In this document: one piece after another, positions 44,601-53,579 of the stretch
Position numbering within the stretch: position 1 is the first letter of the stretch
Layout of the letters: every line of letters starts with the position of its first letter
From: a virus
DNA: 64,000 nucleotides
IMG/VR virus record: IMGVR_UViG_3300037427_004270
Direction: 5' to 3' (one strand)
Made by a program: the position numbers and the translations under genes
The notes under the pieces: generated by a model
The model's database searches: none
The model's input: the letters and a program-made list of their open reading frames with translations, nothing else
What the model was told of the DNA's origin: nothing

Positions 44601-47600
44601 AGTCACAGTAACTGTGTCTGTGGTAGCATTACCCAAGTCAACGTCACCAGTAGCAGACAACGTTGTTGCAGTCAAAGCTTGTACAGCAGTTGTGCCAGCA
44701 GAAACCGTTAAGCCTCCCTTGGTCACTGCCAAAGCGTTGTTTGCAGTCAATGTGCTTTCAACATGCATTGTGCCACCAACTGATGCATTGCCAGAACCAG
44801 AAACAGTTCCCTTGACAGTTAGGTTGTTACCTAAGCTAGTTGCACCAGCGATGCCTAGAGTACCAGAACCAGAAAGGTTGGTACCAGTCAAAGCTGCGAA
44901 TGTACCTGCTGCTGCAGAGTTTGCACCGATGATAGTGCCGTCGATAGCGCCAGAGTCAATGTCAACGTTAGTTGAATTGTAGTTAGCGTGATCAACGTTT
45001 GAGCCCAACGTTCCAAGATTGGAAGTCGTTGCAGTCAAGGTTGTGACAGTAGCTGCAGCAGCACTTGCTGCACCGATGGTAGTACCGTCGATAGCACCGC
45101 CATTAATGTCAACAGTAGTCAACGTGGACGTGCCAGTTGCTGTGATGTCATCAATGTAACCATGATCAACATGAGCTTCAGCAAACTGCAAAGCAGATGT
45201 ACCCAAGTCTCTTGCACTGTCGGTTGATGGAACAATGTCGCTGTCAAAGCGGCCTGTTGCAGTGATCGTATCAGAGGTAGCGTTACCTAAGTCAACGTCA
45301 CCAGTTGCAGACAAAGCTGCGACAGTAGTTGAACCAGCAGAGACAACCAAGTTGCCGAGAGTAACAGTCAAGTTACCTGCTTCAACCTCTACGTTGTCTT
45401 CAACAGTCATGGTTGATCCGAATGCTGCGCCACCTTGTACAGACAAAGTGCCAGAGCCGGACATGTTACCAGCAACATTAAGTGTGCCAGAGCCAGACAT
45501 GTTGCCTTCAACAGACAAGTTATTACCCAAGCTTGTTGCACCTGCAATTTGTAATGTGCTAGAGCCAGAGATGGTTGTAAACTTCGCAGTTGTTGCAGAG
45601 TTCGCACCGATAGCAGTACCGTCGATAGCACCAGAGTCAATGTTAACATTGGTCATAGCTTCGTCGGAAAAGTTAACAGCACCAGCCTGCTCGTAAGCAC
45701 CAAGCTTAGTTGTAGTCAAGGTGTTTGTATTATTGTTGTACAGAAGTTGTCCGTCAGTCAAAATACTTGCACCAGAGCCTGCTGCGGTAGTACTACCAAG
45801 AAGGTAAACAGTCGCATCATTATCACCACCATCAGCGGTAGTAATTGTGTCTGCGGAGATACCTGTCAAGTTAGAACCGTCACCAGTAAAGAACTGTGCA
45901 TGTACATGGGAAGCAGACAGTGGAGCTGAGTCAAAGCTCAAGTTTCCAGTCTGAGTTCCTAACGAGCCCGACTTTAATGTTGCAATTTGGAAACGGTCTG
46001 CTGACTCGTCCCAGAACATTGCTGCATCAGTTGCTGCTCCACGCTTCATGATAAGACCAACATCGTTGATGTTAGTTGCGCCGTTATCTGAATCACTACT
46101 ACCACTGTTCAAGACAATCAAGCTGTCATTGAGTACAGTGTTAGAAGAAGAAACATAAGTCACAGAACCTTGTACGGTTAAGCTTCCACCAACAGTCAAA
46201 CCAGTGTTCAGAGATAATGAATCATCTGAAGCGTTGTGTGTAATAGTTGTTGGAGAACCAGTACCGAAACTAAGAACTGCACCGTCACTTAACAACTTGA
46301 GGTCATTCCCGAGAACTGCATCTTTAACAACAGATAGGCCACCATCGGTCTGCAAAGAACCGTCGGTAGTAGTAGTTGCTTCAGTTGTGTCATCAGTCTT
46401 TAAGACGCCAGAGTAAGTACCTGTCGTACCCGCAACTGTTGTAAACGTACCTGCCGCTGCAGAGGCTGCACCGATAACAGTGCCGTCAATCGCACCAGAG
46501 TCAATGTCAACGTTAGTTGAATTGTAGTTGGCATGATCAACGTTTGAGCCCAACGTTCCAAGATTGGAAGTCGTTGCAGTCAAGGTTGTGACAGTTGCCG
46601 CTGCTGCAGAAGCTGCACCGATAACAGTGCCGTCAATCGCACCAGAGTCAATGTCAACGTTAGTTGAATTGTAGTTGGCATGATCAACGTTTGAACCCAA
46701 CGTTCCAAGGTTGGAAGTCGTTGCAGTCAATGTTGTGACAGTTGCCGCTGCAGCACTTGCTGCACCGATGGTAGTACCATCAATCGCGCCGCCATTAATG
46801 TCAACAGTGGTCAACGTGGACGTGCCAGTTGCAGTGATTGCATCAATGTAACCATGATCAACGTGAGCTTCGGCCCACTGCTTTGCAGATGTACCCAAGT
46901 CGCTTGTGCTATCTAAAATAGGAATCAAGTCACTATCAAACTGACCAGTTACAGTAACGCTGTCTGTGGTAGCATTACCTAAGTCAACATCGCCCGTAGC
47001 AGACAAAGCTGCGACAGTAGTTGAACCAGCAGAGACAACCAAGTTGCCGAGAGTAACTGTTAAGTTACCTGCTTCAACTTCTACATTATCTTCAACAGTC
47101 AGGGTTGAACCCAAAGCTGCAGCACCTTGTACAGACAAAGTACCAGAACCAGACATGTTGCCAGCAATATTCATGTTGCCAGAACCAGAGATAGCCCCTT
47201 CGACTGACAAGTTGTTACCCAAGCTTGTTGCACCTGCAATTTGCAATGTGCTAGAGCCAGAGATGGTTGTAAACTTTGCAGTTGTTGCAGAGTTTGCACC
47301 GATGGCAGTACCATCAATCGCGCCGCCATTGATGTCAACAGTAGTCAACGTGGATGTACCAGTTGCAGTGATTGCATCAATATAGCCATGATCAATGTGA
47401 GCTTCGGCCCACTGCTTTGCAGTTGTACCCAAGTCTCTTGCACTGTCAGTTGACGGAATCAAGTCACTATCGAACTGGCCAGTTACAGTAACTGTATCAG
47501 AAGTAGCATTACCCAAGTCAACGTCACCAGTTGCAGACAAAGCTGCGACAGTGGTTGAGCCAGCAGAGACGACCAAGTTACCGAGAGTAACAGTCAAGTT

Positions 47601-50507
47601 ACCCGCTTCAACTTCTACATTATCTTCAACAGTTAAGGTAGAACCCAAAGCTGCGCCGCCTTGTACAGACAAGGTGCCTGAACCAGACATGTTACCAGCT
47701 ACGTTAAGAGTTCCTGATCCGGAAATATTTCCTTCAACAGAAAGGTTGTTACCCAAGCTTGTTGCACCTGCAATCTGCAATGTACTAGAGCCAGAGATGG
47801 TTGTAAACTTTGCAGTTGTTGCAGAGTTCGCACCGATGGCGGTACCATCAATAGCGCCGGAGTCAATGTTGACGTTGGTCATTGCTTCATCAGAGAAGTC
47901 AACCGCGCCAGCTTGCTCATAAGCACCAAGCTTAGTTGTAGTCAAGGTATTCGTATTGTTGTTATATACGAGCTGCCCGTCAGTCAAGATACTTGCACCA
48001 GCGCCTGCTGCAGTGGTACTACCAAGAAGGTAAACAGTCGCATCGTTATCGCCACCGTCAGCGGTAGTAATTGTGTCTGCGGAAATACCTGTCAAGCTAG
48101 AACCGTCGCCATGGAATGTCTGAGCATGCATTTGAGAAGCAGACAATGGAGCTGAGTCAAAAGCTAAGTTTCCAGTCTGAGTTCCTAACGAGCCCGACTT
48201 TAATGTTGCAATTTGGAAACGGTCTGCTGACTCGTCCCAGAACATTGCTGCATCAGTTGCCGCGCCGCGCTTCATGATGAGGCCAATATCATTGATGTTG
48301 GTCGCACCATTATCTGCGTCACTACTGCCACTATTCAAGACAATCAAGCTGTCATTAAGAACAGTGTTAGAAGAAGACACATAAGTTACAGAACCTTGTA
48401 CGGTCAAGCTTCCGCCAACAGTCAAGCCAGTGTTCAGAGACAAAGAGTCATCTGAAGCATTATGCGTGATAGTTGTTGGTGAACCTGTACCGAAGCTAAG
48501 AACTGCGCCGTCACTTAACAACTTGAGGTCGTCACCGATAACAGCATCTAATGCAACAGATAAACCACCGTCGGTCTGCAAAGAGCCGTCAGTTGTTGAG
48601 GTTGCGTTAGTTGTGTCATCAGTCTTCAAGATGCCAGAGAAAGTACCAGTAGTACCTGCAACAGTTGTGAATGTACCTGCTGCTGCACTTGCTGCACCAA
48701 TGGTAGTACCATCAATCGCACCAGAGTCAATGTCAACGTTAGTTGAATTGTAGTTAGCGTGATCAACGTTTGAACCCAACGTTCCAAGATTGGAAGTCGT
48801 TGCAGTCAAGGTTGTGACAGTTGCCGCTGCAGCACTTGCTGCACCGATGGTAGTACCGTCGATAGCACCGCCATTAATGTCAACAGTGGTCAGCGTGGAC
48901 GTGCCAGTTGCTGTGATGTCATCAATGTAACCATGATCAACATGAGCTTCAGCAAACTGCAAAGCAGATGTACCCAAGTCTCTTGCACTATCAGTTGATG
49001 GAACAATGTCGCTGTCAAAGCGGCCTGTTGCAGTGATCGTATCAGAGGTAGCGTTACCTAAGTCAACGTCACCAGTTGCAGACAATGTTGTTGCAGTCAA
49101 AGCTTGAACAGCAGTTGTACCAGCGGAGACAGTCAAGCCACCTTTGGTAACAGCCATAGCATTGTTCGCAGTCAACGTGCTCTCAACGTGCATCGTGCCG
49201 CCGACTGACGCATTGCCAGAACCAGAGACAGTGCCCATAACAGTTAAGTTACTACCCAAGCTTGTTGCACCAGCAATTTGCAGTGTGCTAGAGCCAGAGA
49301 TGGTTGTAAACTTTGCAGTTGTTGCAGAGTTTGCACCGATAGCAGTACCATCAATTGCACCACCGTTGATGTCAACAGTAGTCAATGTGGACGTGCCAGT
49401 TGCAGTGATTGCATCAATGTAACCGTGATCAACATGAGCTTCGGCCCACTGCTTTGCAGATGTACCTAAGTCTCTTGCACTATCAGTTGATGGCACCAAG
49501 TCACTATCAAATTGGCCTGTTGCCGTGATAGTGTCTGTGGTAGCATTACCCAAGTCAACGTCACCAGTTGCAGACAATGTTGTCACAGTTGCCGCAGCAG
49601 GAGTTGTCCCACCAAGGACTGCATCAACAGTACCACCGTTAATATCGGCAGTAGTTGCAACCAAGCTAGCTGCAGTAGTTACACCAGCAGCACTAACGCT
49701 AAGCTTATCAGTACCGTCTGTTTGCTCAACATTAAACAATTGAGCTGTTTGGCTACCAACGCCTTTAACATTCAAAGTGATCTCGTCAGTAGTGTCACCG
49801 GTGATTGTGGCACCAGCAGCAACGACCAGTTGATCATTTGCAGTCAAAGTTGTGAATGTACCAGCAGCAGGAGTTGCTGCACCAACAGTTGTACCATCAA
49901 TTGCGCCGCCGTTGATGTCAACAGTAGTCAAGGTAGACGTGCCAGTCGCAGTGATGTTATCAATGTGACCAGTGTCAATATGAGCTTCGGCAAACTGTAA
50001 AGCAGATGTACCTAAGTCTCTTGCACTATCGGTTGATGGAACAATGTCACTGTCAAAGCGACCTGTTGCGGTGATGGTGTCAGAGGTAGCATTACCTAAG
50101 TCAACATCGCCTGTAGCAGAAATATTCACAGTTCTAAACGTAGAACTTGCTGGGTTATATGAAATAGAACCCGAATGAATATACTGAGTTTCAGAGCCGC
50201 CAGAGGCAGAGACAAACGTTAAATGTAAATAATTGTCTGTGTCTGCTGGGCTAGTAGAAGCATTTTCCACTGAGCCTCCAACGCCTGATAAATTAGAACC
50301 GTTACCATAAAAATATGATGCCGATATCTTTCCGCTAGCAGACAATGATAAGCCTGTAGCGTTGTTGTCTCCGCCTGCAGCGGAAGACGAAATAGTTAAT
50401 GAGCCACTAAAATAGTGAGCACCATTATCCAGAGAACGAAATTTGGTGTCTTTCCAATTCGCTCCAGAGCCGGATATAACGGCTATACCTCTTGGATCAA
50501 TAGGCAT
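41610..50507 (-). CDS. 2965-aa modular repeat fibre/adhesin
   Basis: Uninterrupted ORF with SD GGAGGG; Thr/Ala/Gly/Ser/Asp-rich beta-fibre repeats; unique N- and C-terminal caps. Confidence 0.88.
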   Translation of the reverse strand: MPIDPRGIAVISGSGANWKDTKFRSLDNGAHYFSGSLTISSSAAGGDNNATGLSLSASGKISASYFYGNGSNLSGVGGSVENASTSPADTDNYLHLTFVSASGGSETQYIHSGSISYNPASSTFRTVNISATGDVDLGNATSDTITATGRFDSDIVPSTDSARDLGTSALQFAEAHIDTGHIDNITATGTSTLTTVDINGGAIDGTTVGAATPAAGTFTTLTANDQLVVAAGATITGDTTDEITLNVKGVGSQTAQLFNVEQTDGTDKLSVSAAGVTTAASLVATTADINGGTVDAVLGGTTPAAATVTTLSATGDVDLGNATTDTITATGQFDSDLVPSTDSARDLGTSAKQWAEAHVDHGYIDAITATGTSTLTTVDINGGAIDGTAIGANSATTAKFTTISGSSTLQIAGATSLGSNLTVMGTVSGSGNASVGGTMHVESTLTANNAMAVTKGGLTVSAGTTAVQALTATTLSATGDVDLGNATSDTITATGRFDSDIVPSTDSARDLGTSALQFAEAHVDHGYIDDITATGTSTLTTVDINGGAIDGTTIGAASAAAATVTTLTATTSNLGTLGSNVDHANYNSTNVDIDSGAIDGTTIGAASAAAGTFTTVAGTTGTFSGILKTDDTTNATSTTDGSLQTDGGLSVALDAVIGDDLKLLSDGAVLSFGTGSPTTITHNASDDSLSLNTGLTVGGSLTVQGSVTYVSSSNTVLNDSLIVLNSGSSDADNGATNINDIGLIMKRGAATDAAMFWDESADRFQIATLKSGSLGTQTGNLAFDSAPLSASQMHAQTFHGDGSSLTGISADTITTADGGDNDATVYLLGSTTAAGAGASILTDGQLVYNNNTNTLTTTKLGAYEQAGAVDFSDEAMTNVNIDSGAIDGTAIGANSATTAKFTTISGSSTLQIAGATSLGNNLSVEGNISGSGTLNVAGNMSGSGTLSVQGGAALGSTLTVEDNVEVEAGNLTVTLGNLVVSAGSTTVAALSATGDVDLGNATSDTVTVTGQFDSDLIPSTDSARDLGTTAKQWAEAHIDHGYIDAITATGTSTLTTVDINGGAIDGTAIGANSATTAKFTTISGSSTLQIAGATSLGNNLSVEGAISGSGNMNIAGNMSGSGTLSVQGAAALGSTLTVEDNVEVEAGNLTVTLGNLVVSAGSTTVAALSATGDVDLGNATTDSVTVTGQFDSDLIPILDSTSDLGTSAKQWAEAHVDHGYIDAITATGTSTLTTVDINGGAIDGTTIGAASAAAATVTTLTATTSNLGTLGSNVDHANYNSTNVDIDSGAIDGTVIGAASAAAATVTTLTATTSNLGTLGSNVDHANYNSTNVDIDSGAIDGTVIGAASAAAGTFTTVAGTTGTYSGVLKTDDTTEATTTTDGSLQTDGGLSVVKDAVLGNDLKLLSDGAVLSFGTGSPTTITHNASDDSLSLNTGLTVGGSLTVQGSVTYVSSSNTVLNDSLIVLNSGSSDSDNGATNINDVGLIMKRGAATDAAMFWDESADRFQIATLKSGSLGTQTGNLSFDSAPLSASHVHAQFFTGDGSNLTGISADTITTADGGDNDATVYLLGSTTAAGSGASILTDGQLLYNNNTNTLTTTKLGAYEQAGAVNFSDEAMTNVNIDSGAIDGTAIGANSATTAKFTTISGSSTLQIAGATSLGNNLSVEGNMSGSGTLNVAGNMSGSGTLSVQGGAAFGSTMTVEDNVEVEAGNLTVTLGNLVVSAGSTTVAALSATGDVDLGNATSDTITATGRFDSDIVPSTDSARDLGTSALQFAEAHVDHGYIDDITATGTSTLTTVDINGGAIDGTTIGAASAAAATVTTLTATTSNLGTLGSNVDHANYNSTNVDIDSGAIDGTIIGANSAAAGTFAALTGTNLSGSGTLGIAGATSLGNNLTVKGTVSGSGNASVGGTMHVESTLTANNALAVTKGGLTVSAGTTAVQALTATTLSATGDVDLGNATTDTVTVTGQFDSDLIPSTDSARDLGTSAKQWAEAHVDHGYIDDITATGTSTLTTVDINGGAIDGTTIGAASAAAATVTTLTATTSNLGTLGSNVDHANYNSTNVDIDSGAIDGTIIGAASAAAGTFTTVAGTTGTFSGILKTDDTTNATSTTDGSLQTDGGLSVALDAVIGDDLKLLSDGAVLSFGTGSPTTITHNASDDSLSLNTGLTVGGSLTVQGSVTYVSSSNTVLNDSLIVLNSGSSDADNGATNINDIGLIMKRGAATDAAMFWDESADRFQIATLKSGSLGTQTGNLAFDSAPLSASAMHAKTFHGDGSNLTGVGASVAQTDGVEAGDTLTFALVSASAASSANLYYDSGITFDQVNNTLTVTKLGAYEQAGAVNFSDEAMTNVNIDSGAIDGAVIGANSAAAATVTTLSATGDVDLGNATTDTITATGQFDSDLIPSTDSARDLGTTAKQWAEAHIDHGYIDAITATGTSTLTTVDINGGAIDGTAIGANSATTAKFTTISGSSTLQIAGATSLGNNLTVMGTVSGSGNASVGGTMHVESTLTANNALAVTKGGLSVSAGTTAVQALTATTLSATGDVDLGNATTDSVTVTGQFDSDLIPILDSTSDLGTSAKQWAEAHIDHGYIDAITATGTSTLTTVDINGGAIDGTTIGAASAAAATVTTLTATTSNLGTLGSNVDHANYNSTNVDIDSGAIDGTVIGAASAAAGTFTTVAGTTGTFSGVLKTDDTTNATSTTDGSLQTDGGLSVALDAVIGDDLKLLSDGAVLSFGAGSPTTITHNASDDSLSLNTGLTVGGNLTVQGSVTYVSSSNTTFYDNLIMLNSGSGDTDNGATNVNDTGLVMKRGTAVDALFIWDESADRFQFGLTTSASLGGATGNVSFTSAPLSASHIYASGSTISTLTVQGDSALGNARTDVTTVTGLLSLTHFRQDNASDVNVLDTMAAAPGAYNGSMIYIVSGSSWASADAITQQTFGNVNKWYFCENGEWYPSPFASDL
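42000..50125. repeat. mosaic of near-identical direct repeats inside the giant gene
   Basis: By manual count: SATGDVDLGNAT module x9, KTDDTT...WDESADRFQ module x4, SNVDHANYNSTN x6, ATTAKFTTISGSS x5, TKLGAYEQAGAV x3. Confidence 0.9.
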
Positions 50508-50559
50508 ATTTTTTCCCTCCTTCTTCGTCGAATATCACGAAGAAATAAATTAAAAGTTT
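50508..50559 (-). promoter_or_regulatory. RBS-abutting hairpin, copy 2 (putative translational operator)
   Basis: AAACTTTTAATTTAT-TTCTTCGT-GATATTCG-ACGAAGAA-GGAGGG-AAAAAAT-ATG. Confidence 0.65.
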
Positions 50560-50577
50560 ACTAATGTTTCCCATCTA

Positions 50578-51015
50578 TTAACTTAGATGAAAGAACATGT
50601 CAGGTACCCACGCACTATTGCGCGAAAAATACCATTTGTGGCCTTGCGAGAAAGCCTGAGCTGCGTCATTGCTGACTGCGACAGAACCTCCATTGGCAAT
50701 TGCACCTTTCGTAAGGCCAGTTGAATTTAGATATATAACGTGTCCATTGTAATCTTCTGGCGCTGCAGCCAGAGTATTTAAAATACCAATATCATTTTCA
50801 GAACCTGAAGCATATACTGGAATTCTAAAGACGCCATGAACCTTCGTCACATCGTTAACGTTGTTTGTCTTTCTACCTAACATCGTACTACCAGAGATGG
50901 CCAATGCTTTATTGGACCCTCCCGCAGAAATGATAGCCGAACCATCGTCCAAAAACCTATGGACATTGGTCGGTGATGAACCGGTAGTGACTTGCAACCC
51001 TCTTCTTCCTACCAT
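50578..51015 (-). CDS. 145-aa minimal member of the fibre family
   Basis: Paralog of the N-terminal part of the 370-aa protein (identical GLTKGAIANGGSVAVSNDAAQ); ends with the shared KWYFSRNSAW domain. Confidence 0.85.
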   Translation of the reverse strand: MVGRRGLQVTTGSSPTNVHRFLDDGSAIISAGGSNKALAISGSTMLGRKTNNVNDVTKVHGVFRIPVYASGSENDIGILNTLAAAPEDYNGHVIYLNSTGLTKGAIANGGSVAVSNDAAQAFSQGHKWYFSRNSAWVPDMFFHLS

Positions 51016-51064
51016 ATTATTTTCCCTCCTTCTTTGTCAAATATCACAAAGAAATTAAAAGTTT
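51016..51064 (-). promoter_or_regulatory. RBS-abutting hairpin, copy 1 (putative translational operator)
   Basis: AAACTTTTAAT-TTCTTTGT-GATATTTG-ACAAAGAA-GGAGGG-AAAATAAT-ATG; compensatory T-A versus C-G pair relative to copy 2. Confidence 0.65.
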
Positions 51065-51307
51065 CTTTTTTTACGAATGAGGCGTATATTAAAGGTGAGT
51101 TTCCGCAACAAGTATATAAAATTGGCAACTCTTACCTCCCGAAAAAGGTTTCTTAATAAAACGCCCTTCTTCACAAGCATCCCTTCTCAAACGTGGGGCT
51201 TGATATTAGTATTTAGTGAGAAAAGTGTGGTTTATTGCCTGTTTGCTTCAAGTTCTCTGAAAAAAGTTCCTGCACGTTTTTTATCAAATATTTTATGCAG
51301 ATCCAAT

Positions 51308-51331
51308 AAAAAACCCGGCGCGGGGCCGGGT
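51308..51331 (-). terminator. intrinsic terminator after the four-paralog cassette
   Basis: ACCCGGC-CCCGC-GCCGGGT followed by TTTTT. Confidence 0.85.
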
Positions 51332-51359
51332 CTTGAAAGTATGTTGTGCGAGCGTGTTA

Positions 51360-52442
51360 TTAGCTTACATCTTTTGTGAAAAACTCAAAGCCATCAATTA
51401 GCGCATCGTGACACAAATAGTCGTCATCATGGGTTATAGCATGAGCCGTATAATAGCCACAGTCTTGAGATTTCAAGGTTGAGTTTGAACTATCCCATTG
51501 TCTATAGTAAGAATCAGTAGTCGCTATTGAAATGGTTGTCTGCTTTGTCCATGTTTCGTTACTGAGAGTTTCTCCAATAGGTGCGGTATAGATCTCAACC
51601 TTATCGGCACTAGCTTGTGGTGTCACATCCATCCGAACATGATACCATGTGTTGAACGAGCCTGAAAATATAGTCTCATGAAGACTGTTGGTACCCGAAC
51701 TAATGCCGTGAGAAATATCATTTGTTTTATGAGCGTGGAATTTCAAGCGAGGAACCCTTGCACCGACTTTGCCAGCTTCACTGGTTCCGCCCTGAGCGCC
51801 GTCGCTGTCGTCTCTCAAGGTTGAGAGCGTCAAGCAATATCCCGTCATTCTTGGGTTGTAATCGCCACCAGAGCCATAGAAAGCATCTACAGCGTCTTCG
51901 GTAGCGTCATTAAAATAAGACGCACTTAGAGAGCCTGTTCCTGAACTTACATAGTCTCCCTGCTGGGCGGTGCCTGGGCCGATGCCCTTGACGAACAGGC
52001 CAATTTCTGAGCCTTGATTTCTCTCGGAGTTGGCGACTATTGAGGAGTTGTCGTTGCCCAGTCTCAAGAAAGCTCGAATACTGTAGGCAATTGTAGTACC
52101 TTCCGCAGGAGTTGCGTCAACTGGAAAGTCGCTTCCTGAGTCTGAGCCCGTTGTTATAAACGCCGCCATAATGCATGCGTTGTGATAGCTATTGTTGGAA
52201 TGAATGCTGGCCTGGCCATACATATATCCAGTGCAATAATCTCCCGCAGAAGCTGGTGCTGTGCCGGACAAGAAGGAGTGTGGGACGATAGAGCCAAAAG
52301 CTGCTTCGCCACCGCTGGTAGCTGCCCATGGGCCACCATTGCCGTAGGCCAAGAGGGACATGAAACGTTCCCCCCCTTCGAACTCGCCGGAATTGCCGCC
52401 GTACATGCCGGCATATCTAAAGTTTGAACGTGAAATTCCCAT
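51360..52442 (-). CDS. lectin/jelly-roll-like protein, paralog A2
   Basis: 360 aa; starts MGISRSNFRY, contains FNTWYHVRMDVTP...KVEIYTAP, ends HDALIDGFEFFTK. Confidence 0.85.
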   Translation of the reverse strand: MGISRSNFRYAGMYGGNSGEFEGGERFMSLLAYGNGGPWAATSGGEAAFGSIVPHSFLSGTAPASAGDYCTGYMYGQASIHSNNSYHNACIMAAFITTGSDSGSDFPVDATPAEGTTIAYSIRAFLRLGNDNSSIVANSERNQGSEIGLFVKGIGPGTAQQGDYVSSGTGSLSASYFNDATEDAVDAFYGSGGDYNPRMTGYCLTLSTLRDDSDGAQGGTSEAGKVGARVPRLKFHAHKTNDISHGISSGTNSLHETIFSGSFNTWYHVRMDVTPQASADKVEIYTAPIGETLSNETWTKQTTISIATTDSYYRQWDSSNSTLKSQDCGYYTAHAITHDDDYLCHDALIDGFEFFTKDVS

Positions 52443-52457
52443 TTTATTTTTCTCCTA

Positions 52458-53558
52458 TTAGCTTGATATATTTTTTGAATACACAGTTAGTGCATCTAAG
52501 TATGCGTCGTGGTTTCTGGACCGGGTGCTAAGGGTTGAGCCATTTTGATCTCTCCACGCCTGCACACAATAACCCAAACCCCTGTGGTTTTGGGCATGCT
52601 GACGAGTGACGTAATGACAAGTTCCAGCAAAACGATATTGAGTTGCTCTTTTTGTCCATGTTTCCGAACCTATCGTGTCGGTTGCGGGTGCTGTGTAAAT
52701 TTCAATTTTGTCTGTTCCTGGTAAGGGCGTAATGTCCATCCTTATGCGATACCACGCATTGAATGCGTATGAGCCTTGGCACTTGTGAACTCTTGGTCGT
52801 TGAAACGTGTTCCCAGCGGCGGCTTCGTTCGCATGAGGGCCAGTACTAATGAAAAGAAGTCTTACCACGCCAACATTCCCCCTGTTGGTATCTTTAACGC
52901 TTGAGCCATCACCATCGGAGTCAATATCGTCGTTGCCCCAAGAGTAATGCTTCATACTAGAAAGCCAGAGAGTGTACCCGTTTATTAAGGTGCCGTAAGT
53001 ATCCGTCTTGGAGTACACTGCATATCCATAATCATCACCATCGGCATCGGTGGTGTATCTAGCTGTGGTGGATGGCGTTCTAGCTCCAAAGAACAGACCC
53101 ACTGCAGTGCCGCTTGACGTATATTGACTCACTGATGCTGTGTAGAGACAGCCCAATCTGACTGTGGCTCTCATAGAGACAGCAGTTGCTTGGCTGCGCT
53201 TTCCTGTTGAGTTTGCAAAGCTTGCTGCTGCGCTCCAAGCTGAACCACTGTTTGGGTCTAGTCTTGGCCCCAAGGATCTAGTTCCCAAGAAACCCATGCC
53301 ATACCAACCTCTATTGTAGTTGTTCACTGAGTAATTGTATTGGCTGAAGATCCACCCTCTTGCATAATCTCCGCAAGTGGTTATTGCGCCAGATAACGTG
53401 GAATGGGGAACTGACATTCCCTCTGCAGCATATCCGCCGTTAGTACCACTTTCGCTGCCATTGCCGCGAGCCATGTTGTGGGCAGCCATTCTCACGTTGC
53501 CGTCGGTGGCGTCGTTGAGGGTCGTATACCCTAGAAAATTAAAATCCTGTTTTGCCAT
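52458..53558 (-). CDS. lectin/jelly-roll-like protein, paralog B2
   Basis: 366 aa; starts MAKQDFNFLG, contains DIDSDGDG and WYRIRMDITP...KIEIYTAP. Confidence 0.85.
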   Translation of the reverse strand: MAKQDFNFLGYTTLNDATDGNVRMAAHNMARGNGSESGTNGGYAAEGMSVPHSTLSGAITTCGDYARGWIFSQYNYSVNNYNRGWYGMGFLGTRSLGPRLDPNSGSAWSAAASFANSTGKRSQATAVSMRATVRLGCLYTASVSQYTSSGTAVGLFFGARTPSTTARYTTDADGDDYGYAVYSKTDTYGTLINGYTLWLSSMKHYSWGNDDIDSDGDGSSVKDTNRGNVGVVRLLFISTGPHANEAAAGNTFQRPRVHKCQGSYAFNAWYRIRMDITPLPGTDKIEIYTAPATDTIGSETWTKRATQYRFAGTCHYVTRQHAQNHRGLGYCVQAWRDQNGSTLSTRSRNHDAYLDALTVYSKNISS

Positions 53559-53579
53559 CTCTTGTTCCTCTCTTTGTTA

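Noticed and set aside
42229-50000. Recurring plus-strand ORFs (e.g. 42229..42552, 44005..44328, 48430..48753)
   Set aside because: They are antisense shadows of the repeated modules; they recur only because the sense repeats recur, and they lack an RBS.
51077-51379. 100-aa plus-strand ORF in the intergenic gap
   Set aside because: TTG start, no SD, crosses a terminator, and runs opposite to every credible gene.
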